Position numbers and translations under genes: made by a program
Shown here: positions 8,735-18,340 of the stretch, piece by piece
Layout of the letters: every line of letters begins with the position of its first letter
Position numbering within the stretch: position 1 is the stretch's first letter
NCBI GenBank assembly: GCA_963846025.1
Contig: CAWJUG010000004.1
Span: 250,065-314,064 of the forward strand
Length of the DNA stretch: 64,000 bases
Source of the DNA: Terriglobia bacterium
GTDB lineage: Bacteria > Acidobacteriota > Terriglobia > Bryobacterales > Bryobacteraceae
Reading direction: 5' to 3'
Notes under the pieces: generated by a model
Seen by the model: only the letters and a program-made list of their open reading frames with translations
Databases searched by the model: none
What the model was told of the DNA's origin: nothing

Positions 8735-10228
8735 ATGTTAAGCGAAAATACCGACGCACGCCGGAAATACCTTCTAGATCTGCTGGTTTCTCAGCTCAGG
8801 GAATTTGTGGTAGTGGTCGCCGATATAGACGGAAGCTTTTTATCCTGGCACCCTGGAGTGCTGCAGCAATTCGGCTACGAGGCAGGCGAATTTATCGGTA
8901 AGCCGGTAGCGATGCTGTTTCCTGAGCCGGATCGAACGGCCGGCGACCCTGAACGCGAACTGGATACCGCGGCTGGTATCGGGAAGGCTTCCGATACGCG
9001 ATGGCTGGTAAACAAAGAGGGCCAGCGGTTGCTAGTTGAAGGCGTAAGCCTGGGACTCCGAGACGAAGCCGGCAATCTCGCCGGTTTTGGCAAAGTAATG
9101 CACGACGTGACGCAGCGCCGCGCCACGGAAGAGCGCTTGAAGGCGCTGACAAGGGCTCTGGAACATTCAACCGTGTTCATCCGGCAGCTCGACGGAACCA
9201 TTACGCACTGGACCGTAGGTTGCGAACGTCTCTACGGATGGACAGCGAGCGAGGCAATAGGAGTGACTTCCTGGAACCTCTTGAAGACGTTTTTCCCGCA
9301 GCCGCTTGACGGAATCGAAGAGCAACTTCTACGGAGCGGGTTTTGGCAGGGGGAACTGGGACAAGTGCGGCGAGATGGCACTTCTGTCTACGTATCGGCG
9401 GACTGGGTGTTGTTATCAGACGCCGGAGGAGAGCCGTCCAGCATCATCTGCACGCATACCGACATCACCTCACGACTGCAGGTCCAGGGGGAATTGGAGG
9501 TTGCCAACGCTCAACTGGAGAGAATGACGCTGGAGTTGGAGCGATCAAACAAAGAACTCGAAGAGTTTGCACGGATCGCTTCGCATGATCTGAGTGCTCC
9601 CATTACCAGCACGCGGTGGCTTGTGGATCTGCTACGGACAAAATACGGCAACAACCTCAACGATGACGGCCAGAAGGTTTTGAGCCAAATTACTGCTGGG
9701 CTGCAGCGGATGAGCGAACTTGTAGATGCCGTATTGGAGCACGCCCAGGTGGGAACCACTCCAATCGGATCTTTGGAGGGTTCAGATGCAGGCGCCGCGC
9801 TCAAAGCCGCGATCGAGGACCTGCGAAAAGACGTAGAAACATCGGGCGCGAGAATTTCTTATGGGCCGCTACCGGCAGTAAAAGTGACCACACAAGCGTT
9901 AACTCAGTTGTTCCAAAACCTGCTTTCAAACGCTATTAAGTACGGGAAGCCGGATACACCGCCCGAAGTGACCGTGAGCGCGAAACGTACAAAAGACGAT
10001 TGGACAATCAGTGTCACTGATAACGGCGTTGGTATTGAAGCCGATTGGCTTGAGCGCATTTTTCAGCCGATGCAAAGGCGGCACGGACTCGAAATCGCGG
10101 GCAGTGGTATCGGCTTAGCAACATGCAGAAAGATCGTCACTCGGGCTGGTGGAAAGATCTGGGCCGAATCCGTGGTTAGCAAGGGATCGACTTTTCATTT
10201 CACTGCTCCTGCAGCGAAGGCAGAATAG
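8735..10228 (+). CDS. PAS-domain sensor histidine kinase
   Basis: Two PAS-like segments, an H-box (FARIASHDLSAPI), an N-box (LLSNAIKYG) and G-boxes (DNGVGI, GSGIGLATC). Confidence 0.85.
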   Translation: MLSENTDARRKYLLDLLVSQLREFVVVVADIDGSFLSWHPGVLQQFGYEAGEFIGKPVAMLFPEPDRTAGDPERELDTAAGIGKASDTRWLVNKEGQRLLVEGVSLGLRDEAGNLAGFGKVMHDVTQRRATEERLKALTRALEHSTVFIRQLDGTITHWTVGCERLYGWTASEAIGVTSWNLLKTFFPQPLDGIEEQLLRSGFWQGELGQVRRDGTSVYVSADWVLLSDAGGEPSSIICTHTDITSRLQVQGELEVANAQLERMTLELERSNKELEEFARIASHDLSAPITSTRWLVDLLRTKYGNNLNDDGQKVLSQITAGLQRMSELVDAVLEHAQVGTTPIGSLEGSDAGAALKAAIEDLRKDVETSGARISYGPLPAVKVTTQALTQLFQNLLSNAIKYGKPDTPPEVTVSAKRTKDDWTISVTDNGVGIEADWLERIFQPMQRRHGLEIAGSGIGLATCRKIVTRAGGKIWAESVVSKGSTFHFTAPAAKAE

Positions 10229-11268
10229 CCACCCGAGACGTCAGCGCCGAACTGTTTCTGGTTACCAGAAGAATTTACAACCGCAGTCAAATGGGCGACC
10301 AGTTGATCAACAACGGCGCTCCAATTGCCGGGCTCCGGTTGGCGAAACAGCCGCATTGTGGGATACCACGGGGAATCGCTACGATGCAGCATCCAGCGCC
10401 AGTCGCACTCGTAAGGTAATAAAACCCAAACGGGAACTCCTAGCGCCCCGGCGAGATGTGCCGCCATTGTATCCACCGAGATAACCAAATGCAATTGTTT
10501 GAGAACGCGTGCAGTGTCGTGAATGGTGGACACCGAATTGTGGAGATCGCAAATTTCCAGCGACCAAGGCGACAGCTCACAGTGCTCCGGACCTGACTGC
10601 AGTCCATAAAACGAAATGCCTGGAATGGTGAATAAAGAAGCGACATGTTCGATTGGAATCGAACGGGAAGGATTGAAGGCGCTCGACGTCCAGACCACGC
10701 CGACCTGCAACGAGTTTGAACCAGCCCCTAACGGAGACTGAAGGATATTCGTGGCACGGAGATACGGAACGCTGCAGGGAATTGTTTCAAGAGTCGTGCG
10801 AAAAATCCGAGGCAGCTCCATGACTTCAATTTGCTGATCCCAGGGCGGCTCAGTCTCTGACCAGGTGATGACGTTATCGGCAAGACCGGACTGCTCTATA
10901 AGGGTTCGCAATTTTGGTTGAGCTTCGATAGTGACCGAACGGGCAATGGCACGTATGAGAGGAGCGTAGCGGATGAACTGGAGGGTATCGCCCAAGCCGT
11001 GAAGACAGCGGATAAGAATACGGTTATTGTGGAGTGAGCGGCCATCCCAGAATCGATTTGAATCCGGTTTCCCGCGGGTTGCAATCCGATCACTTTCACG
11101 CCAAGCATCTTCGAAGTTTCCCAGCAACATGTGGCACTGCCAGCGTCCCGCAGCACACAGATCCGTGTCAGATTCAGCACGTTGCGCTGCATCGAACAGC
11201 ATCAAGGCCTGGTGTATCCGCATGGCGCTTAGTTCGCCCTCGGCTTGCGCTAAAAGAAAATCGCTCAT
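10195..11268 (-). CDS. TPR-like N-terminus fused to a glycosyltransferase family 9 (heptosyltransferase-like) domain
   Basis: LHGLGDTLQFIRYAPLI and VDTMAAHLAGALGVPVWVLLP are typical GT9 segments. The 3' end overlaps the convergent kinase gene by 34 nt. Confidence 0.65.
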   Translation of the reverse strand: MSDFLLAQAEGELSAMRIHQALMLFDAAQRAESDTDLCAAGRWQCHMLLGNFEDAWRESDRIATRGKPDSNRFWDGRSLHNNRILIRCLHGLGDTLQFIRYAPLIRAIARSVTIEAQPKLRTLIEQSGLADNVITWSETEPPWDQQIEVMELPRIFRTTLETIPCSVPYLRATNILQSPLGAGSNSLQVGVVWTSSAFNPSRSIPIEHVASLFTIPGISFYGLQSGPEHCELSPWSLEICDLHNSVSTIHDTARVLKQLHLVISVDTMAAHLAGALGVPVWVLLPYECDWRWMLHRSDSPWYPTMRLFRQPEPGNWSAVVDQLVAHLTAVVNSSGNQKQFGADVSGGYSAFAAGAVK

Positions 11269-11417
11269 GCTCTAACGGTTCATTTGCAGCAGAAAAATTT
11301 GTGGCAGAAAACTGGTAATAGTTACGGTCTGAACTGTGTCCAAAGATCGAATTGCTGACCGGTAATTGTGCGGGGCGTGCAGTGTTGAATGGCCCCGGGT
11401 TGCGCGAGGCCGAATTT

Positions 11418-12054
11418 ATGACATCAAGCAAACCATTTGAAAGCCCGAAGCGTAAGGTGTTGTTTTCAGACGATCACCATATCGTATTAGATGCGCTCTC
11501 TTTTGTGGCACAGGACGAATTTGAGGTTCATGCGGTGGATACCTTAGCCGCGCTCAGGCAGGCAGTCGATGAGTTTGAGTCCTGATCTAATCGTACTCGA
11601 CATCCGTATGCCGGATGGGGACGGCATCGAGGCTGCAAGCCAGATTCTCGCTCGCCATCCCGACGTGAAAATTCTGTTTCTTTCGACTCACAGCGAGCCA
11701 TCGATCGTCAAGCGAGCGCTGGAAACGGGCGCCCTGGGGTACGTCTCTAAGCGAGCCGCGGCGGACGAGTTGATGCTCGCGATACGCACCGTGCTGAATG
11801 GGGGCAAATACGTCGGCGAGCGAATTGACGTTAACACAGAGAATGGGGCAGACGATACGGATCGTGTTTTGACCGAACGGCAGAAGGAGGTTTTGCGGCT
11901 GATTGCGCAGGGTTGCTCCGCAAAGGAAATCGCAAACCGGCTGAATATTTCCGTGCGAACCGCCGAGTTCCACAGAGCTGCCATCATGGACCGGCTGAAA
12001 CTACACTCCACTGCCATGATGACGCGGTATGCAGTAGAAAATGGCCTAGACTAG
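11418..12054 (+). pseudogene. LuxR/NarL-family response regulator with the receiver domain split by a 1-nt frame disruption near 11574-11582
   Basis: Frame A reads KVLFSDDHHIVLDAL...AVDEFES*. Frame A+1 continues PDLIVLDIRMPDGDG...KILFLSTH... and ends in an HTH (TERQKEVLRLIAQGCSAKEIANRLNISVRTAEFH). Removing one T of the TTT run restores ...AVDELSPDLIVLDIRMP. Confidence 0.8.
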
Positions 12055-12101
12055 ACGATCTCGCATCGTGCGCTGGCGTTCGGTTTGTAAACCTGAAAAC
12101 T

Positions 12102-12521
12102 ATGGGATGGCTGGCGTGGGCGTTGCTTTCCGCTTTATTTGCAGCGGCGACTGCAATTTTGGCAAAGCTGGGCGTGGCCGGCACAGACGCTAACTTTGCT
12201 ACGGCCGTGCGTACGTCCGTCGTCGTGGTCTTCACCTGGCTGCTCGCGTTCTTGGCGCGACAGCCGGGCAGCTTCCATGTACCTTCCAGGAATACCTGGC
12301 TTTTTCTCGCGCTGTCCGGGCTAGCCACGGGACTGTCTTGGATTTGCTACTTCCACGCGCTTCAAGTTGGACCCGCATCACGTGTCGCGCCGATCGACAA
12401 ATTAAGCGTTGTTTTCGTCATTCTCTTCGCCGCGTTTTTCCTTGATGAGAGATTGACGCCGGGAAAGGTTATTGGCGGCGCCTTGATCGTCGCCGGGGCC
12501 ATTGCAATTGCTTTCGATTGA
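12102..12521 (+). CDS. EamA/DMT-family small membrane transporter
   Basis: 139 aa from ATG 12102 (MGWLAWALLSALFAAATAILAKLG...) with four to five hydrophobic helices. The longer ORF-track N-terminus overlaps the regulator gene and is not hydrophobic. Confidence 0.7.
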   Translation: MGWLAWALLSALFAAATAILAKLGVAGTDANFATAVRTSVVVVFTWLLAFLARQPGSFHVPSRNTWLFLALSGLATGLSWICYFHALQVGPASRVAPIDKLSVVFVILFAAFFLDERLTPGKVIGGALIVAGAIAIAFD

Positions 12522-14293
12522 CTTTGTTCGCGTACCCTGCGCTGGTTTGTGTGAGGAATCAGCGGCAGCAGGATCTCGGAAGGATATCCCCTTGCATGTA
12601 AGATCGTCTGCCGCGCTTTCGTAAATCTGGTTTCATAGGCGATCGGGCGAACCGAATTCATATTACGGTCAAAACGCGGGAAGTTGCTGCTGGATACTTC
12701 GAGTCGAATGCGATGGCCGCCCGAGAAAACGTAGCTGGTCACGCCCGCATCGATGCTCACCTGATACGGCTGGTTCTTCTTGACGAAAACCGGCTTGGAC
12801 AGCGAAAGACGGTAGCGCAGCCTCTCCATCCCGTCTGCAACCAGTAACGGTCGGCCGTCGGGCTCCACGTCTACCAACTTGGCCGTGAAATCTGTGTCGT
12901 TAACAGAAGTCGATACATACAAAACGACGCGAATGGGGCCGGTGATTTCAATGTCGCTGCTGAGGGGAGCGGAGGTGTAAACCAGGACGTCCGGCCGCTT
13001 TTCGACCGCGCTTTGATCGAGCGGTCCGGGCGGCAGGAGCAGCGGATCACAACAGATTGCGCCGCCGTTAGTAGGAACCGGATTCTTAGGGTCATAGGTA
13101 AATTGATCGGAAGGCGCTTTTCGCACCGGCTGCCATTGCAGCGCACCATCTCCGGACAGAGAGTTGGCATGCCCGCTGCTGTTGAGGTACAGCGGAGTCA
13201 GACGCATCCTGGCTAGCGGCCATTCGTGTTCCTCGCGCCAGATGTTTGGGCCCATGACAAAGATGTGCAGCAGTGCGGAACCTGGTTTGATGCCGGAACC
13301 CACTGGGCTACCCTTTGTCCACCTGTCAAACCAATCCGCTTGCTTGGAGCGAATGGGCAAATTGGCCTGCATTCCGAAATCAACGCTAGGAAATTTTGTT
13401 GCAGGATTGTGGCTCCACGGGCCGATCCAGGTCTCGACCGTTTTGTGCTGTTTGGCTAAACGCGAGAATGCGTCGAGATCACTTTCTACGTATTCATCGA
13501 ACCATCCTCCGAAGGAGAGCACTGGGATTGAGATTTGGCTGAGCTTTTCCCGGATGCTGAGAGCTTTCCAGTATGCGTCGTCGGCAGGGTGAGCCAGCGC
13601 AGCGCGCCACGCCGGTAATACAACGCCTGTTGCTGCCACGTCGGCACTCACGAGAGGGATATGGCCGACATAGGTACTGAATAGCCGCCTCACTTCAGAT
13701 GCTGGAGTGAGATTCTCCGCCAACCAGGAAAGACGATGAGCTATCTGAAGCGCGCCCCCTGAGGAATAGAAGCGGTCGGTGTACTCGTCATCACCGGAAC
13801 ACATAGGTGAGATGGCGACCAGATGCGGATCCTGCTGAACGGCGGCCCACCAATCGGCGATGCCGAGATACGAGCTACCAGCCATTACCACTCGGCCGTC
13901 GGACCATGGCTGTTGCGCAATCCAGTTAATGGTGGCAACGCCATCGGGGCCCTCCTGCTGGGTAGTACCAAGAACGCCTTGTGACGCGTAACGGCCGCGC
14001 ACGTCTTCAATAACAACCGCGTAGCCGCGACGCCGAAAAAAACGGTAGCTCAGCATCGCTTGTAATTTCCGGTTGTAAGGAGTGCGAATGAGAACGGCTG
14101 GCCAGCGTCCCGTCCCGCGCGGCAGAAAAATGTCGGCGGCCAGATTAATGCCGTCGCGCATGGGGACAGAGACCCCGAGTTGTTCTGCAGGAGGAGGGCT
14201 GGCCGGAGGTTTTTTCGATGGGCTTTGAGCGAAAGCGCACGATAGAGTTAGCCAAATCAACGCCGTGATCGCAGTGCGAGCGCCCAAATTCAT
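12362..14293 (-). CDS. CocE/NonD family hydrolase (S15 X-Pro dipeptidyl-peptidase-like), secreted
   Basis: Signal peptide MNLGARTAITALIWLTLSCAFAQ. Alpha/beta-hydrolase region with GSSYLG nucleophile elbow and a C-terminal beta-sandwich. A roughly 65-aa tail extends antisense into the EamA gene. Confidence 0.8.
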   Translation of the reverse strand: MNLGARTAITALIWLTLSCAFAQSPSKKPPASPPPAEQLGVSVPMRDGINLAADIFLPRGTGRWPAVLIRTPYNRKLQAMLSYRFFRRRGYAVVIEDVRGRYASQGVLGTTQQEGPDGVATINWIAQQPWSDGRVVMAGSSYLGIADWWAAVQQDPHLVAISPMCSGDDEYTDRFYSSGGALQIAHRLSWLAENLTPASEVRRLFSTYVGHIPLVSADVAATGVVLPAWRAALAHPADDAYWKALSIREKLSQISIPVLSFGGWFDEYVESDLDAFSRLAKQHKTVETWIGPWSHNPATKFPSVDFGMQANLPIRSKQADWFDRWTKGSPVGSGIKPGSALLHIFVMGPNIWREEHEWPLARMRLTPLYLNSSGHANSLSGDGALQWQPVRKAPSDQFTYDPKNPVPTNGGAICCDPLLLPPGPLDQSAVEKRPDVLVYTSAPLSSDIEITGPIRVVLYVSTSVNDTDFTAKLVDVEPDGRPLLVADGMERLRYRLSLSKPVFVKKNQPYQVSIDAGVTSYVFSGGHRIRLEVSSSNFPRFDRNMNSVRPIAYETRFTKARQTILHARGYPSEILLPLIPHTNQRRVREQSQSKAIAMAPATIKAPPITFPGVNLSSRKNAAKRMTKTTLNLSIGATRDAGPT

Positions 14294-15024
14294 TCTGAAA
14301 GGACGGATTGGCCGGCCGGTGGTTTGGGGCGCGGGCCAAAAAGCGCCGTGCCGACGCGGATGAGAGTGGCGCCTTCTTCGATGGCAACTTCGAGATCGCC
14401 AGACATGCCCATGGAAACTTTCGGGAGCCTGTACTGGGAAGCGAGGGCGGCGAGGCGTTTGAAGTAGGGCCGGGATTGCTCAGGATCATCCGACCAAGGC
14501 GGCATCGTCATTAGACCGGAGAGCTGGATGTGCGGACAACCAGCAGCGGCTTCGAGCAGACTGGGAATTTCATTGGGGCTGACGCCCGATTTGCTGGCTT
14601 CCTCGGACAGCTTAACTTCTAGCAGCACTTCGAGTTTCGAGCCCTTAGCTGCTGCTGCGGCATCTAGGCGCTTAAGAAGCTTGGACGAATCGACGGTTTG
14701 GATGACTGTGAACAGGTCGGCCGCGAGACGTGCCTTATTTGTCTGCAGATGCCCGATGAGATGGAACCGGGCTTCGGGCATATCTACTTTGGGCAGATCT
14801 ACAAGCTGAGCGCGCTTTTCCGCGAATTCCTGAACGTAGTTTTCGCCAAATTCACGAAGTCCGGCCCGATAGGCTTCGCAAATTCGATTGGCAGAAAATT
14901 TCTTAGATACGGCCACTAAGGTTATTTCGGACCGCTGCCTGCCGGCGCGCTGAACTGCGGCTGTGATGCGCGACTCTACCGATTGCAAGCGAGTTTCGAT
15001 AGTGGACAATTCCAGTGGCAACAC
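14290..15024 (-). CDS. yggS: YggS-family pyridoxal-phosphate homeostasis protein
   Basis: LVAVSKKFS (PLP lysine), HLIGHLQTNK, MGMSGDLEVAIEEGATLIRVGTALFG. Start uncertain: GTG 15024 is preferred over the ORF maximum 15096, which would overlap the divergent gene. Confidence 0.8.
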   Translation of the reverse strand: MLPLELSTIETRLQSVESRITAAVQRAGRQRSEITLVAVSKKFSANRICEAYRAGLREFGENYVQEFAEKRAQLVDLPKVDMPEARFHLIGHLQTNKARLAADLFTVIQTVDSSKLLKRLDAAAAAKGSKLEVLLEVKLSEEASKSGVSPNEIPSLLEAAAGCPHIQLSGLMTMPPWSDDPEQSRPYFKRLAALASQYRLPKVSMGMSGDLEVAIEEGATLIRVGTALFGPRPKPPAGQSVLSE

Positions 15025-15074
15025 TTCATCATAAAAGGCCTGACGATACGGGCAGCCCACAACAAGCCGCTTCG

Positions 15075-16328
15075 ATGTGCGAGGCCATTCAGGCATTCCT
15101 TGCCGTTTGCCGCCGACCAGCGCTCTTGGACCACGGTGAGCCCGTTCAAGCGCTCATTCCAGGACAATACTCGCTCGAGGAGCGCAGCGGCCGCCTTTGG
15201 ATCGAAGTATGGAGTGAGACACGCACCGTGACGCGGCGAATTCTGTCAGTAGACAAATATTCAACTGGAGCGTTGGAGTGTTCCATCCAGCGATTCGGGG
15301 GAAGGCCCGGCGCAATCAGCTTTCTGGATCTGGATCGACCCCAAACCGCGCACAAGGCAGTCTCCGGAAGGCGGCGAAGCTTCGGCGAACAGTTCCGGCG
15401 AATGCTCGGCCGGCAGTTTCCCGCATGGGAAGTTAGCACGTTAAGTTCTTCGCTGGATCTGAGGCGATCCTTCTCGTCGGTATTCCCGCGTGCTTGTCTG
15501 ATTCGTGGGCACCAGCAGATTGCGGCACTGGCGTGTCCGAATCCGGTAGATGAACCTGTCTTTCTCACTTACGCGCTGATCTGGTTCGATTACTTGCGGT
15601 CCCACTGCCAGAGCGGCATGCACACCTCGCTCGCGGTCTTTCTGCCGGACGAGGCGGGGAACTTGACTTCGCACCGGGTTCGGTGGCTGAACGGCCACGC
15701 CGAAGTACGCATGTTCCGATTCAATGAGCATGGCTCTGCCGGAGAGGTGGATCCACGTGATTTGGGCAACTTGCAGACACGAGTGCAGAAGCCCGCGTGC
15801 AACACTGAGGACGACTATACAGACGCGACAGGGACATGCCAGCGGGCGGACTCATCCGAGCGGGCATTTGAAACGGCGGTGCGGCGGAACATACAAACGA
15901 TCGACGCCACACTTTCGCCGAAGCCGGTCCATTCGCAGGTGCTGGCGTTTGCGGCGGGAGATCGAGATCTTATCGATTTGCTCGCAGTTTCTCCGGCCGG
16001 TCGATTAACCGTTTTGGAGTTAAAAGTTTCAGAAGACATTCATCTTCCGGTACAGGCCTTAGATTACTGGATGCGGATCAAATGGCACGCACAGCAGAAC
16101 GAACTGCAACATCTGTTCCCGGGCGTGCCATTGGCCAATAGCCCGCCAAAACTTTTGCTGGTAGCGCCGGCGATGACTTTTCATTCGTCTTGTGCAACAG
16201 TCCTTCGATATTTTTCGTCCGACGTAGAGGTGGAGAGAGCCGGAACTAATTCGGAATGGCAAGATCGTTTCCGAGTCGTGTTGCGCCTGGAAGGCGCTGA
16301 CGATCCTATCTCTCACCGGAGCCCTTAG
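15075..16328 (+). CDS. hypothetical protein with a C-terminal PD-(D/E)xK nuclease-like motif
   Basis: GDRDLIDLLAVSPAGRLTVLELKVSEDIHLPVQALDYW fits the D...(D/E)xK core of restriction-endonuclease-fold proteins. The N-terminal 300 aa have no motif I recognise. Start is 15015 or 15075. Confidence 0.55.
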   Translation: MCEAIQAFLAVCRRPALLDHGEPVQALIPGQYSLEERSGRLWIEVWSETRTVTRRILSVDKYSTGALECSIQRFGGRPGAISFLDLDRPQTAHKAVSGRRRSFGEQFRRMLGRQFPAWEVSTLSSSLDLRRSFSSVFPRACLIRGHQQIAALACPNPVDEPVFLTYALIWFDYLRSHCQSGMHTSLAVFLPDEAGNLTSHRVRWLNGHAEVRMFRFNEHGSAGEVDPRDLGNLQTRVQKPACNTEDDYTDATGTCQRADSSERAFETAVRRNIQTIDATLSPKPVHSQVLAFAAGDRDLIDLLAVSPAGRLTVLELKVSEDIHLPVQALDYWMRIKWHAQQNELQHLFPGVPLANSPPKLLLVAPAMTFHSSCATVLRYFSSDVEVERAGTNSEWQDRFRVVLRLEGADDPISHRSP

Positions 16329-17246
16329 ATGGCACTCGAAGGTTTATTACACATAAAAAAAGCGCTGGGCGCGCTGAACTCAAAGCAAGTCCGCGAAATG
16401 AGCGAGCGGCCGGTACGGGTAGCGATGCATGCGGCTAGCCAGGAATCCTATCAGCGAATCGAGAATTTCTTTCTGCGCGACCTGAGCCCCGCAAGAAGAA
16501 AACAGTCGGCGGTTTTATTGACACGAGCGCCTCTTTCACCTGGAGCTCAGCCGGACCTTCAGGTTTATGACGAAGGAGTGGTTGCGCCATACGGCGCCAT
16601 TGTGTTCCGCCCGGATCACCCGCATCAATTCGTCGTGAAGACATTGGCTACGCACCCGGGTATCGGCGTGGCGCTAGCGAGATGGTTCTTGCCCTTCCGC
16701 CGGCCCTTCGTTGAGAGAACAGTATCGCGAATCGCCCGCGAAAATATGTTCTTCTCGTTGACCACCGCACTTCCGGATGTAATTCCGAACGTTATCGAAT
16801 TGCCATGGGCGGTGGCCGAGTTCGCATCGGATACGGCGTTTCTGACCATGAATCAGGTCCGGATGGCTTTTCTTATAGCCGGCGGCAGCGATCGCCCGGT
16901 GGGTTACCTGGAACAAAAGCCTGAGATCGCGATGGTTATTGGCAGCGCCTTCGGCTGGCGGGCTCTGGCGCGGCAACTGATTGGCAAAATTCCGTTCGGC
17001 GGCGGGCTGATTGCGAAAGCCGCCGTGGCATACGCAGGAACGAAGGTGCTGGGACTGTCCTTGGATCACTACTACAGTATTGGTTTCACTTACACACGCG
17101 AAGAACGGGATCGTCTATATGCCGACGCCTTCCGACAAGGCAAACAGGCAGCAACGAAAATTCTGCGCTATCTTCGTCCGGATCTGGCGGCGAAATTCGC
17201 AGCCGAAGCCGCGCAGCGCCGTCTCCCGTCGCAAATGCAACATTGA
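16329..17246 (+). CDS. hypothetical protein, possibly membrane-associated
   Basis: 305-aa ORF whose ATG directly abuts the previous stop (TAGATG). It has a Gly/Ala-rich amphipathic C-terminal half (IGSAFGWRALARQLIGKIPFGGGLIAKAAVAYAG). Confidence 0.5.
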   Translation: MALEGLLHIKKALGALNSKQVREMSERPVRVAMHAASQESYQRIENFFLRDLSPARRKQSAVLLTRAPLSPGAQPDLQVYDEGVVAPYGAIVFRPDHPHQFVVKTLATHPGIGVALARWFLPFRRPFVERTVSRIARENMFFSLTTALPDVIPNVIELPWAVAEFASDTAFLTMNQVRMAFLIAGGSDRPVGYLEQKPEIAMVIGSAFGWRALARQLIGKIPFGGGLIAKAAVAYAGTKVLGLSLDHYYSIGFTYTREERDRLYADAFRQGKQAATKILRYLRPDLAAKFAAEAAQRRLPSQMQH

Positions 17247-17303
17247 GCGAAGGAAACCGGCAGAGGCGCCGGGAACGTCTTTCAAAGTAAAATAGACGCA
17301 CGA

Positions 17304-18265
17304 ATGATGGCACGGATAATCTGTTTCCTGTTGTTAACGGCTGGCCTGCTCAGCGCGGACACCTTGTTTATGCGCAACGGCAGCCGCGTAGAAGGCAGCT
17401 TCTTAGGCGGAGACGGCAAGTCAGTCCGCTTTCTGGTGGGCAGCCAGGTCAGCACGTATTACGTCTCCGATATCGAATCGATACGATTCGCAAACGGTCA
17501 GCAGGGGACCGCTATGACGGGTTATCCTCAAGAGCCGTCGAATTATCCTTCGCAGCCGAACTATCCTCAAACGCCAAGCAGTCCGCCGGCCGTGAATTAT
17601 CCAGCAACGCCAAATTATCCGCCAGCCGCCGCTGCACCAGCCGCCCCGACGCCCGCCAACGCCGGAAGTTATCCGGCGCCATCTTATCCATCGCCAGCCA
17701 AGGCGGGTCGATGAAGGATATGGTGGTCCTCCAAATTCACCGCAAGCGCCAAGCAATACAGGTCTCGAGGTGCCCTCGGGTACTCAGATTGTTGTGCGCT
17801 TGATCGACCCTGTGAATTCGGAGCGAGACAGCCTGGGCCAAACGTATCGGGCGAGCGTAGACCAGCCGGTAGTGGTCAGCGGTCAAGCTCGTGATTCCGC
17901 GAGGCGCGGACGTAGTGGCGACGCTGATTGATGCGCAGAAATCCGGAAAGATTGAAGGGCGAACGGTTCTCACGCTAGATCTGAAGGCTATTACCGTCAA
18001 TGGACGGACGTACGATATCGTTACCACCGGGGTGCCGGAAGCGAGCGGGTCGCGCGGCGAGCGCTCTGCAAAAGTAATCGGCGGGGCGACGGCGTTGGGC
18101 GCGATTATTGGAGCAGCGGCTGGGGGCGGCAGAGGCGCAGCGATAGGCGCAGGCGCCGGCGCGGGGGCAGGAACAGCCGCTGAAGTAGCTACTTCAGGGC
18201 AGAAGGTCAAAGTGCCTGCGGAAACACGGCTGACATTCACGCTTCAAAACCCGATCGCTCTTTGA
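17304..18265 (+). pseudogene. secreted protein with an NYP/Pro-rich linker and a C-terminal glycine-zipper domain, interrupted by two 1-nt frame disruptions (about 17704-17712 and about 17888-17891)
   Basis: Three consecutive frames read as one protein. First: signal peptide plus SH3-like beta region plus NYP repeats. Second: ...PSGTQIVVRLIDPVNSERDSLGQTYRASVDQPVVVSGQA. Third: VIPRGADVVATLIDAQKSGKIEGR...GAIIGAAAGGGRGAAIGAGAGAGAG. Confidence 0.6.
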
Positions 18266-18340
18266 TAAGCTGACGTCCACAGCTGGCTGTAACCTGGAGG
18301 GGCCCGCTTCTGGTACTCCGAGCCGGAACGACCCCTCTGC

